This document shows, one piece after another, positions 38,295 to 50,614 of a stretch of DNA of 64,000 nucleotides; within the stretch, counting starts at the first letter, position 1, and each line of letters starts with the position of its first letter. The notes below the pieces were generated by a model. That model was not told the DNA's origin, searched no databases, and saw nothing but the letters and a program-made list of their open reading frames with translations. The stretch comes from Octopus bimaculoides (taxonomy: Eukaryota). The stretch lies in contig NC_068991.1 of the NCBI RefSeq assembly GCF_001194135.2, positions 7,365,174-7,429,173 on the forward strand. The letters run 5' to 3'. A program made the position numbers and the translations under genes.

Positions 38295-39401
38295 GATTAG
38301 ATTGTAGTTTATTTCATTTTAACTATTATCAGTTAAACTAAATATACAGTTATGAATTTCTTGACTGAATGTTGTACATTTTGTGATGGCTAGTGGTATA
38401 ATTAAGTTCTTCATACAAAATTTATGATCCCATTTCAGTGGCTTCACTTATTCTTCTAATGTCTTTGATTATAAAGAATTTAGCTTCTATAGTTATTACT
38501 ACCCTTAACACAAGGTTGGTTTTTCATGGGCTTAACTTTATGCTTAATTAATTTCCAGGATTTTAACAAACAATAGAATATCTCACTCAGGACAGGTTGT
38601 TGTCAGTACTGAATGAATTTTAGCATTGAAAGCCAATAATATTTTCCAGTTCAAGTGCATTTTCCCCCACTACATTTAAACTAAGTAGACCATTCGTTAG
38701 TTAAGCGTCTTAGCAGAGTTTGTTGAAAGGTTGGGATTTATTAACCCTTCAGCATACTGTCTTGAAATTTATTAATTCAGATCGCTCATAACAGCAAGAT
38801 TTCAAGCTAATTACTAAATTAGAAAAATTCAATGGCCAAATAAAAAGTAAAGCAATATGTTAAATTAAGTAGCTGTGTAAATTCTATATTTATTTCTTTG
38901 ATAACGTAAAAAATGCTTTCATAATAAAAAAAAAATGAAAACTTAAATTATACCATGACTTTTTATAATCTCGGGCTGTGAATAAGTTTTCAAGCTCTCC
39001 TTTTCCCACGAACAGGGAATATATATTTACCTAAGTATAATGCCAGTTTGAAGACTTCTTTGCAAACGGGGCCCAAGAAACCCAACTAGAAAAACGCGAG
39101 GTTCTTTGAAATGTGACCTTTTTTTTTCTCATTGCTAGGGGAAGTAATTTCATGTTAAGATTTTTTTTCAATTTGTATGCATGAATAAACACTTACTATA
39201 AAATAAGTGATTTTCTTTTTGGCATTATAGTAGATAAGAACGACTTTATTATATTTAACTTGTAGAAATATTCGCTAACTATGGTGTTCCGTCAGTAAAT
39301 GTTGGTTTCGACGTCACAGCTTTTCTGCATTCAATAAAATGTCTGCAGGTTGTATCAGTTTTAAAGGACATCTACTTCGTCTCAATTTATGAACGAGAAA
39401 C

Positions 39402-42400
39402 ATGAGAAAACAAGTTCTTTCTAACCAGTTGCCTTCAATGCCTCCTTCTGCCTCATATGGGTAAGAAAACCTCTTCTTAAAATTTGTCGTTTTCATGCAT
39501 CCATCATAAATCTTCGATTACATCGTTCACCCACGAACGACTACGTTCGTTTTTCGAAAAATAAATATCACCCCCACCCCCCTTCAGTTGTTAAAACAGA
39601 TTAAATATAATTGAATTTATAGTTCGCTAGATTTCTAATTAGAAATTAGATATTTAAAATTAAAACAAAGAAAATGAGGGAAATAGGGGAAGCAATAGCG
39701 AAAATTAATATCAGAGGTATCACATTTAGTTTTCCTAACAAAGTATCGTTTAAGAAGCGTCTACAGCAACAATATTTTCTTCACCTTCATTCAAATCATT
39801 TTAATATTTCTATATTGTTTCGTTACTGAAATGGTTTTTGTTTTGTATTTCCAAAATGTGAAAAGGTTTTTATTTTTAGATTGAATTTTCGCAATCTTTG
39901 TGAGATATGCGATCGCCGATTCATCGATTGTTATTGTTGGTTTGCAATATTTCTTCCGAAATATTCGTAACAATAGATGGAATTCTTGGAAGTTTAGTTG
40001 TCTAAAATAACGAATACCAAACAATTAGATAAAAAATATAGCTTTGAGGATCTTGCAAATGAAAAAGAGCTGCGCTAAATGATTTCAAAATATAATTAAG
40101 AAAACAATAATCAATTAATACAATAAAAACACGCAACTTTTAATTAATACAGAATTATGACACGTATCATCTTCCATACATATTTGCAAATTTTTAATTT
40201 GTTTAAACGCCTTAACTGCAAGATGTAAAAATTAAAATATTCCCATGTAAATAATTAGGGCGAAAAACCTATTTAAATAATTTTGTTTTTCGTTCATTGA
40301 CTACATGTTTATCAGTCATTGAGCACGCATTATAAAACTACTCTGGAAAATGTGGAGCTCTTCTTAATTGTTGTTGTTGTTGTTGGAAGTATTTAGATGG
40401 CACAAATGGTAGGGGACTGAGCGATGTTCATTATTTATACTCAGTTCCGTTCCTCTACGTTGTGAGTTCAAAACCCGTGGGATTTTATACACTCGAAAGT
40501 CGATATAAAATTGGTTTCGACTTAGTATCATCATCATCATTTAACATCCGTTGTCCATGCTGGCATGGGTTGGACGGTTTGACTGCGTTGGTACGCTGGA
40601 GACTGCGCCAGGATCCAGTCTGATTTGACATGGTTTTCTACGGCTTGATGCCCTCCCCAACGCCAACCAATCCGAGAGTGCAGTAGGTGCTTTTACGGTA
40701 AAAATTTATCCTTTTGCGTGTCACTGGCACGGCGGATGCCATTTACGTGACACTGGTATCTGTTACGGCTGCGATTTTACTTGGCTTGAAGGATCTTCTC
40801 AAGTACGACATAATGCCAAAGGTCTTGGGCATTGTCTCCGTGCGGCCCAACACTCGAAATGAGCTCGGCCACTTTACACCACCTCACTTCCGTGAGGCCC
40901 TTTGGGAGTAAATAAACAACTATTCATTTGTGTTAATGCAGCTATTACTTACATCACAACACACAAACCAGCAAAGGGAGCGTCGTTCTATGTTGTTGTT
41001 TTATCTGCTAGAAATATTAACCAGATTTCCCTCAGATCACATCTTACCATCTTAAATAAAGGAAGGACATATTGAATAATGCAGTCTGAGATACCCTACT
41101 CTTGAAAACAAGATTGGAATGGTTATGGCTACTTTTCAGTAGGGGGGGAGGTGACAAGACTTTCAGACCACCCTGTACTGTATGTGCTATCTGACTTTTT
41201 ATTTTGCTGATTTGGAAGTTTGATGGTGTGCCTATTGCCTTTGTAGTTCTCTGAGGTCAGTGAGAGTGATTTAGTTAATTTTTGTCACGACTTGTTATGA
41301 GTTGACAGCTCCAGGAAAACTTTGGGCAGGGAGGGAATTTTAGGTGGCTGATATTCTACAGAGTAAGGATTAGACATATTGGTTAGTGTATGACCTGGGT
41401 GGAGAGTGGCCACAATATGGGTAAGGAGAGAAGGAGAGACAAGTTTGTTGAGAGTATGTTAGTGACGGTTGCTGTAATAAAGGTAGAAAATGCAGAAAAA
41501 GAAAATATATTTTCTCTTGTTCAATTCCCTTTTCTATATCATGTATATTTCCATCTTTCCATTAAAGTTGCATGAGAATAATTGTCTTCAGTATTAATCT
41601 TAAAAATTTCCTTATCAGCTACATTTACCAAGGTGTTTTGAAGAAAAGTAATATGGGCAACAAGTCTTGATTCTGTTTAGCCTTTAGTGAGCTAATGGCA
41701 TTTATAATCACTGTATTGCTATATACCTAGGTCACACACATGACTTGACACATGTTCAAGTATTTACTGTTGCTGCAGGTAACTTTGAGAACAATGTGTT
41801 ATTGTTGGCATATGGTAAACAAACTTTCTAATGCCACTTTACCTGGAATGGTTCCAGAACCCCTCCCCAACTTGTAGTAACTAATAATTAATCTGATTCT
41901 CTGATAATATCTGTTAGAATATTGAAAGAGGTAGTCATGTTATGCCATTTGTGTTCTTTTTTTCTAACATTTCATTTTCATGTAGGTGAGACTGTCAAGA
42001 TTAAAAAATTAACTGAATACTGTGAGTCTCTGTATAAGCTCGAAATGGAGTCTTCCTAAGGCTCTAATTTATGGTCCATATTATTTGTCCTTCATATTGT
42101 TTGATCTGCATACTCCTTCGATTCTGTGTGGTATACAGAATTCAAGTGAGAAATAGAATAAATAGTAATGTAAGTTTTTGGAAGCTGCTACCTTACCAGA
42201 GAAATAGATAAAAGAATAATTTGAAGATGAGCACTTCAGAAGTATTTAATGTAGAGGATTTTTGCAAAAGCAACCAAAAATTAGAGATATATCTGGATTA
42301 AATTCTGTGAAGTGGTTGATGTTAGGGAGGGCATCTAGCCATAGAAACCATGCCAAAGTAGACATTAGAACTTAATACAGTCCTTTAGCGCATTAGCTCC

Positions 42401-44813
42401 TGTCAAACTGTCTAGCCATGCCAGCATGGAAAATGAACTTTAACCCTTTCAATACCAACCTGGCCAAAACCGCCTCTGGCTCTGTAGTAAAAATGTCTTG
42501 TTTTAATGTTTTGAATTAAAATCTTCCACCAAACCTTAGTCACAATTTATGTTCCTAACACTAGCTTAATGATAACTAAATTATTTTACTAAACTCTATG
42601 TTATATTTAAAATTAATTCAAAGAAAAAAAAGCATCTCAAAAGAAATACAGTAACAAAAAGGTTAAATGGTGATGATGATTTTTTTATCATTATAAAAAG
42701 ACAAAGGTAATGCATAGTTGCTGATAATATTCTTGCAGGAATGATAAAAAAAAATGTGGAAATCTAAACTGTGAAAAAGTTAACAGGATTGGAGAAAAAC
42801 CAAGAAGTAAAATGATGGCTTGGATAGTGTGGGCCTCATGTGTTGTTTCAGTTGTATGGTCTCTGAAGTAATACAGCTACCTCTAAGCACGAAACATTTA
42901 CCAATGACCCAGGGGAAGATAGTTTATTAATTTATTCTTACCTTTCTGTGTGCAGAAAGTTAAAAGAAAAATTTTGAAGTGGTGAATATTTTTAATTGTC
43001 ACCGAGATCTTTCTTTTTGCATAAACTAATGTTATTTGCACTTTTGGATTCAAACGGCTCACCAGAACAAGAAATTATAATCATAATAATTCAAGACATT
43101 AACAATGGAAAATAACCAAATTAAATATGATTACCCAGGAATTTTAACAGTCTTATGTAAAAATGAACCATAGTGTGTGAAAAGAATAGGAAGATAATTC
43201 AGTTGGTTTGAGACTTTTTAGAAGACTCTTTACCACTGTGTGGATCTTCTATGACTTGTTTCAGCCATTGGACTGTGGCCATACTGTGGCAATGCCTCGA
43301 AGGCTTTATTTGAACAAGTCAGCCCTAGTACTTATTATTAATTCTGTTACTTATTCTATCAATGTCTTTTAGTGAACTACTAAGTTATGGGGATGTAAAC
43401 AAACCAACACTGGTTATTAAGCAGTAATAGAAATAAACACACACACACACACTATTCACTTCCACACAGTTTCCATTTACTGAATTCACTTACAAGGTAT
43501 TGGTCAGCCCAGGGTTATACTAGAAGACACCCAAAGTACCATGCAATGGGACAGTGAGCACCTTCCCCCATGAGATCATAGTGTTAAGGTAACATGGTTC
43601 ATGTGTAGCTTTGGTAAAGTACAAAGAAATGGCCAAACTCCTTTGAATTGGTAAATTTTAAACTTCACAATGGAAGTGATTAAGTAAATATTGTGTGTAT
43701 TGTATATTTTCTTGTAGTCATATGATGATGATGATAATGTCTTTTTTTTTTTTCTCATCTAGATTAAATTTTGACTTTCAGTAGACCCCATTTTATAGAT
43801 TAAAAGTCTCATGAAATAATTCTTGTGTTTTTCTGATGCTTTTAAATTAAGTTTGTAAGATGATTTTTCTTGGTTGCTTATTTTAGGAGTAATAACCGGC
43901 GCGGTAACCTGTCAAGACAGCGGGACTACACCCCTACTACGTGGGACAAGTATTATCATAAAAAGCATGATATAGAAGTTGAAAAAAATGTATCCTTTTC
44001 ATGAATGCATGGACATTTTGAAATTCAGTATTGCCCTAAGAAATTCAGTATTGCTCAGAGGCACTACAACCCAGAAGAAAAAGTAGCCAAAAGTGCATGA
44101 ACAGTATATAGAATAATGAACAGAAATTGAACACTGGATGAGTCATTTAAAAAAAGAGGGTGGTGGGGCATCAGGTGTGAATTTCAGGAAGCCTGGAAGT
44201 TTTGAAGGATGCAGTGCCCTGACAGCTAACAACTGGTGTGGGTAAGTTATTCCATGCTTGAGCAATTCTGCTGTGTTTAAGTGAAATATAAAAAAAAAAT
44301 TATGTGCTTTTTTTTTTTTAGCAACTTGTTATTTCACATGTTAAGATTTCCCTTAACTTGATCAGACATTCCGGGTATATGAATGTGGAACAGAAGGACC
44401 AGTTTTGTTTCTTCTTCATGGAGGAGGATATTCTGCTTTATCTTGGGCTCTCTTGTCTGTAAGTACCCAACACAATTATTTCTCTAATTTACAATATTGG
44501 TTTTCAAAATTTGGCCAGCAACTTCAGGGGAGGGGATAAGTCAATAACATCAATCCCAGTATTCAACTGGTATGTATTTCAGTTCTATATTTAGGAGATG
44601 AGGAATTATGTACATTATTTACATTTGACGGATATTTGTCCTCATCTTGTTTGTTGTTAACACAACGTTTCGGCTGATATACTCTCCAGCCTTCACTAAC
44701 CACTATACCATATACCCGTGGGCATATGGCGTAGTGGTTAAAAGCGTGGGCTACTAACCCCAAGATTCCAAGTTCGATTCCAGGCAGTGACCTGAATAAT
44801 AATGATAATAATA

Positions 44814-44849
<36 letters not shown>

Positions 44850-46457
44850 GCAACAACCTTAGGAATGAGAACCCAGGTTTGAAATTTCCCCCTTGACACC
44901 TAATGAAGGCTGGAGGGCATATCAGCCGAAAAGTGTTAACAACAAACAAGATGAGGACAAATATTCATCAAATATAAATAATGATATGTATTTTTGCTTG
45001 ACATCTAAACCTTGCATCTTTTTTGTTGATGTTTTGAGTCTTTCTTAGTGTTTACTCAGCTACCAGTGTACTTAACTAGACTCTGCTAACAGCAATATTC
45101 TTAAATATCTATCAACTAGGCCATCAATTTCGTTTTATAACCAGATTGCAGATATAATTAATATTGGAACGTCCTTATTCTTTCTATTTTGATAGTCAAC
45201 TCTCTGCGAACTTGTTAGTTGCCGTTGTGTTGCTCTTGATTTGAGGGGACATGGTAATTATATATTTTCTATAATTCTTCACCATTGTTCATTTATTTCC
45301 CATTTTCCTTTTTTCTTTTCTCTTTGTTTCAGTCATTAGACTGTGGCCATGCTGGGGCTGTGCCTTGAAGAATTTTAGTTGAATGAATCAACCCCAGTAC
45401 TTAGGTTTTTAAAACCTGGTACTTAGTCTATCAGTCTCTTTTGCTGAACTGCTGTGTCGCTGGGACATAAACACACCAACGCCAGTGGTGGGGGACAAAC
45501 ACAAATACAAAGAGACACACACACATAGATATATATGATGGGCTTCTTTCAGTTTCTGCCTACCAAATCCACTCACATGGCTTTGGTCTGCCTGAGGCTA
45601 TAGTTGAAGACATTTGCCCAAGGTGCCATGCAGTTGGACTGAAGCTGGAACAATGTGGTTAACAAAAATATGTAGTTGTTAATGTGAATATTTTCTATAA
45701 GATTTAAAAAAAGAATTTAGATGGCAATATGTTGTGCTTGAGAAGACCCATGAAGCCAAGTGAAAACGCAGTTGTGATGCTGGTGTCATGTAACTGGCAC
45801 CCATGCAGGTAGCATGTAAAAAGCACCTTTCAAACATTGAGCTTTAAAGAGGCAAAATGGTTGAGCTCCTTTCAAATGTTGAGCCTCACAGAGGCAACAA
45901 CTGAGACCATTGGGAATTATGTTGTGCTTGAGAGGAAGACCCACCAAGCCAAGTAAAATTGCAGTCATGGAAGATACTGGTGTCACGCATATGGCACCCA
46001 TGAAAGTGGCACGTAAAGGCACCTTTTGAGCATTGGGCCTCACGGAGGCAAGGACCGAGACCATTTGGCATTAGGCTAGGCTTCTAGTGCTGGGCCTCAC
46101 GGAGGCAATGACCAATTCCATTTGGCATTATGCTGTGCTTGAGAAAACCCATCAAGCCAAATAAAACTGCAGTCATGGCAGGTACTGGTGTCATGCAAAT
46201 GGCACCCATGCAAATGGCACCCATGCCAGTGGCACATTAAAGTACCCATTACACTCTTGGAGTGGTTGGTGTTAGGAAGGTGCCAAAACTGATTGGAGTC
46301 AGGGGCAGCCTTCCAGCTTGTCAGCCCTGGTCAAATCATCCCACCCATGCCAGCATGGACAATGGATGTTAAATGATGGTGATGATAATTTTATATTGTT
46401 GAAGGAAGTATATTTATCATTCTTTTGCCTAACCAATCAATGATTGCTGTCACAATG

Positions 46458-46519
<62 letters not shown>

Positions 46520-49500
46520 TAGTGGGACCTGTGTAAATTCGATAGAAAGAAAAAATTTAAGAGGACCTGTTTAAGAAAGAAAGGATGATTTATATTTTTA
46601 TGGCTTTCATAGTTTAGTTTTCTTTAAATATACTTGATGTTTGTCTACATTCATTTCCTCATGTCGCCGTCTGTGTTGTTTTTTTTTTCTCTTTTTTATT
46701 ATATCTTCTCCCTTTAACTTTTCACACCACCATTATCATCACCACTATAATTTTCAGTAACAAAGCTCATTTCAGTTCAGCTGTTTGTTTGATGATGTAT
46801 CTCTTCTCTGGCAATACAAACGCTATCTGCCCCCNNNNNNNNNNNNNNNNNNNNNNNNNNNNNNNNNNNNNNNCTCTATCTCTCTCTCTCCCCCTCTCTA
46901 TCTCTCTCTCTCTCACCACACAGCCACTTCTACACCCATATATATTTATTGATAGATTTAAAATACAATTTTATTGCTCTTTTAGGAGATACTATAACTG
47001 AAGATGACGGTGATTTATCTAGTGAAACATTATCAAGGTAAGTTTAAAATAACTTATAATAAATAATTTTATTTGTTAAACTGCTTCTGTTAAGTGTTAC
47101 TGGATTTTCTGTTCTGCCCATTAATCTTTTTGCTGTTTGGACTTGCTATGAGAGTGAAGTGTAGGAAAGATATCAGGCGTATTGATCTCCCTTTTAAACT
47201 ATGCCATCAGAAACAGAAATGAAGATATTGTGATAGTGGTTTGTTCCAGTTGTGGCTAGGCAGTGATAAGAGTGTTGTGTGGTGGACCCAAATAGAAGAT
47301 ACAATGATAGTATGTAAATGTTACACAAATTATTAGGCTGTGTTGGTTGTAAAGGAAATGGTGGTAGTGAGGTCTTTGAAGTGACTATTTCTAAAGGCAT
47401 TGAGCTGTAAAACTTGATGTATATGCAATTTCAGTTGTGGAATAGAGACAATGATGTTTGATTTAGCGTGTAGATAATCTAAAGATAGAGTAGATATATG
47501 AGATATAGTTCACCAATGAATTTTTTTTTTCTGTGATTTCTGAAAGATATATGGTTGTTAGAATTGAATAGATAAAGCTAATTTTCTTAGATGCAACATT
47601 AGCAATAGATGATTATGTATTCTTGCCAGGTGAGATCCATCCAAAGTGATACAACAAGGATTTTGAACTGAACAAGATGGTTGTAATGTTGAGCTGGCCA
47701 TGGAAAGGTGAGAAATTTCTTCTTGGGTGAGATGTAAACTGATTGAACCTCATTGATTGACAAACCTTTGTGGCTCACTCTCTCTTCAACCATTACTTAT
47801 TTCCAGAAAAAAAAAAAAGAAAGAAGGAATAAAACACATCACCATCCCACTTCTCATGAACAGCTCCAAACTTCAAGAATCCAACTTGCTGTTATATAGG
47901 ACACAGTAATCACTGTTGAACTTTCAAGGAAACTGCAAATCCTCTGTTGACAAAACTAAATTGAGGATAATTGGTTTCCTTCTCAGTGCTAAAATTTATT
48001 TTAATATCCAGCAGTAATTCACATTTAAAACATTTCAGTTTGCCCAGGTATAGAATATTTTCCTTCATATCTAAAGTAGTATGACCGACCATATCACAAA
48101 CGGCATTCAGAAAAGCGCATTTATTTAGCAAACCTTTCCTCAGTAAAAATTTACAAACTCTGCTCGATTGAGCTGTTTGATTTCTGCCTTTTCTATTCTA
48201 TTACTTCTAATATACGTGTGTGTGTGTTGTGGTTTCTGTATATGAATATTAAAATATGTAAGCTCGTTATATGTATCACTTGTTATGCAGCTTTGTAGTC
48301 TGCTACTGATGAAAGGGAGTTTCTATGGCCACTTAATGGATCCAGTATTATAGCCAGAGATACATTAGAGTGAGGAAAGTTCCCATGAAATATAACAATA
48401 AAACAGAGACATGAAAACAATGAAGTATACAAGAAAGCTAATGAGGATTTTCTAAGATAGGTACAAGGCAAACAGATCTAGGGGAGAGTCTAGCTGATTT
48501 AATGCATTCCAGGTATTTATTTTATTCACCCCCAGAAGAATGAAAAACAATATCAACTCCATAGCTACCTAGCTATGAAGGGAGATGAGTGTCCGTTTTT
48601 CATCCTGTCTTGTTTATTGGAATGATGTAAAACTACTTACAAGTTTTAAAACTGTGACTCGAAATTTTGATCACTCATACTTTCATATACTGTGGTTGTT
48701 ATCTCTGTCTATTTGATAAATTACAGATTCTTACTAATGGGGGACGTTATTTGAAAGTACAGGGATTAGAAATTTATTATCTAAGTGGATTTGTTTTGTG
48801 TTTAAAACCTTTTCAGCTCATGTTGACTTTTATTTAAAAACCAATTCCATTCGATATTTGTTTGCTTAGAAATAAACATACTTCACATATTTTCAAAAGA
48901 AATGATACATTCTCACTACTCTAAATGTACCGTTTGGTCAAGTTAGTGAAACAAAAATTGGTTTAAGGCAAGACTAACACCTCAGATGTAGGGAAACACT
49001 CCTAAATTGCAGGAAAAAATATTTTAGTAGATTAAAGCATGTGATGTAGGTTCAGCTTTGCATAGAAGACCCAGGGTGATTTTTCAGAGACTTTTTTTTT
49101 TTAAATTGTGTTTTATATGCCATCAAATAGGGTTGCTTGTAAGTAGAGGCGTGTAGCTTAGTGTGGCTATGGTGTTGGACTCATGATCGTAACATTGTGA
49201 TTTCAATTCCTGGACAGGATGACACGTTGTGTTCTTGAGCAAAACACTTTGTTTCACATTGCTCCAATCCACTCAGCTCGCAAAAATGAGTAATCCTATG
49301 ACAGACTGGCATCCCATTCAGGTGGGGAATATATACGTCATTGAAACTGGGAAACCGGCCCCCATGAGCCTGGCATGGCTCAAGAAGGAAACATTAATTA
49401 TTCATCATCATCATCATTGTTTAACGTCCGCTTTCCATGCTAGCATGGGTTGGACAATTTGACTGAGGACTGGTGGACCCGATGGCTACACCAGGCTCCA

Positions 49501-50576
49501 GTCTGATTTGGCAGAGTTTCTACAGCTGGATGCCCTTCCTAACACCAACCACTCCGAGAGTGTAGTGGGTGCTTTTACGTGCCACCAGCACGAAGGCCAG
49601 TCAGGTGGTACTGGCAATGGCCACGCTCAAAATGGTGTATTTTACGTGCCACCTGCACAGGAGCCAGTCCAGCAGCACTGGCAACGGTCTCGCTCGAATG
49701 TCTTTACACATGCCACNNNNNNNNNNNNNNNNNNNNNNNNNNNNNNNNNNNNNNNNNNNNNNNNNNNNNNNNNNNNNNNNNNNNNNNNNNNNNNNNNNNN
49801 NNNNNNNNNNNNNNNNNNNNNNNNNNNNNNNNNNNNNNNNNNNNNNNNNNNNNNNNNNNNNNNNNNNNNNNNNNNNNNNNNNNNNNNNNNNNNNNNNNNN
49901 NNNNNNNNNNNNNNNNNNNNNNNNNNNNNNNNNNNNNNNNNNNNNNNNNNNNNNNNNNNNNNNNNNNNNNNNNNNNNNNNNNNNNNNNNNNNNNNNNNNN
50001 NNNNNNNNNNNNNNNNNNNNNNNNNNNNNNNNNNNNNNNNNNNNNNNNNNNNNNNNNNNNNNNNNNNNNNNNNNNNNNNNNNNNNNNNNNNNNNNNNNNN
50101 NNNNNNNNNNNNNNNNNNNNNNNNNNNNNNNNNNNNNNNNNNNNNNNNNNNNNNNNNNNNNNNNNNNNNNNNNNNNNNNNNNNNNNNNNNNNNNNNNNNN
50201 NNNNNNNNNNNNNNNNNNNNNNNNNNNNNNNNNNNNNNNNNNNNNNNNNNNNNNNNNNNNNNNNNNNNNNNNNNNNNNNNNNNNNNNNNNNNNNNNNNNN
50301 NNNNNNNNNNNNNNNNNNNNNNNNNNNNNNNNNNNNNNNNNNNNNNNNNNNNNNNNNNNNNNNNNNNNNNNNNNNNNNNNNNNNNNNNNNNNNNNNNNNN
50401 NNNNNNNNNNNNNNNNNNNNNNNNNNNNNNNNNNNNNNNNNNNNNNNNNNNNNNNNNNNNNNNNNNNNNNNNNNNNNNNNNNNNNNNNNNNNNNNNNNNN
50501 NNNNNNNNNNNNNNNNNNNNNNNNNNNNNNNNNNNNNNNNNNNNNNNNNNNNNNNNNNNNNNNNNNNNNNNNNNNN

Positions 50577-50614
<38 letters not shown>

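Noticed and set aside
44720-44794. Possible tRNA gene
   Set aside because: Acceptor stem incomplete and followed by (AAT)n and a repeat tail, so it is a SINE head. The same applies to the other tRNA-like heads in the window.
47850-47910. In-frame IGHS motif inside the PPME1 intron
   Set aside because: No splice donor after the motif, no acceptor, and upstream residues do not match PME-1.
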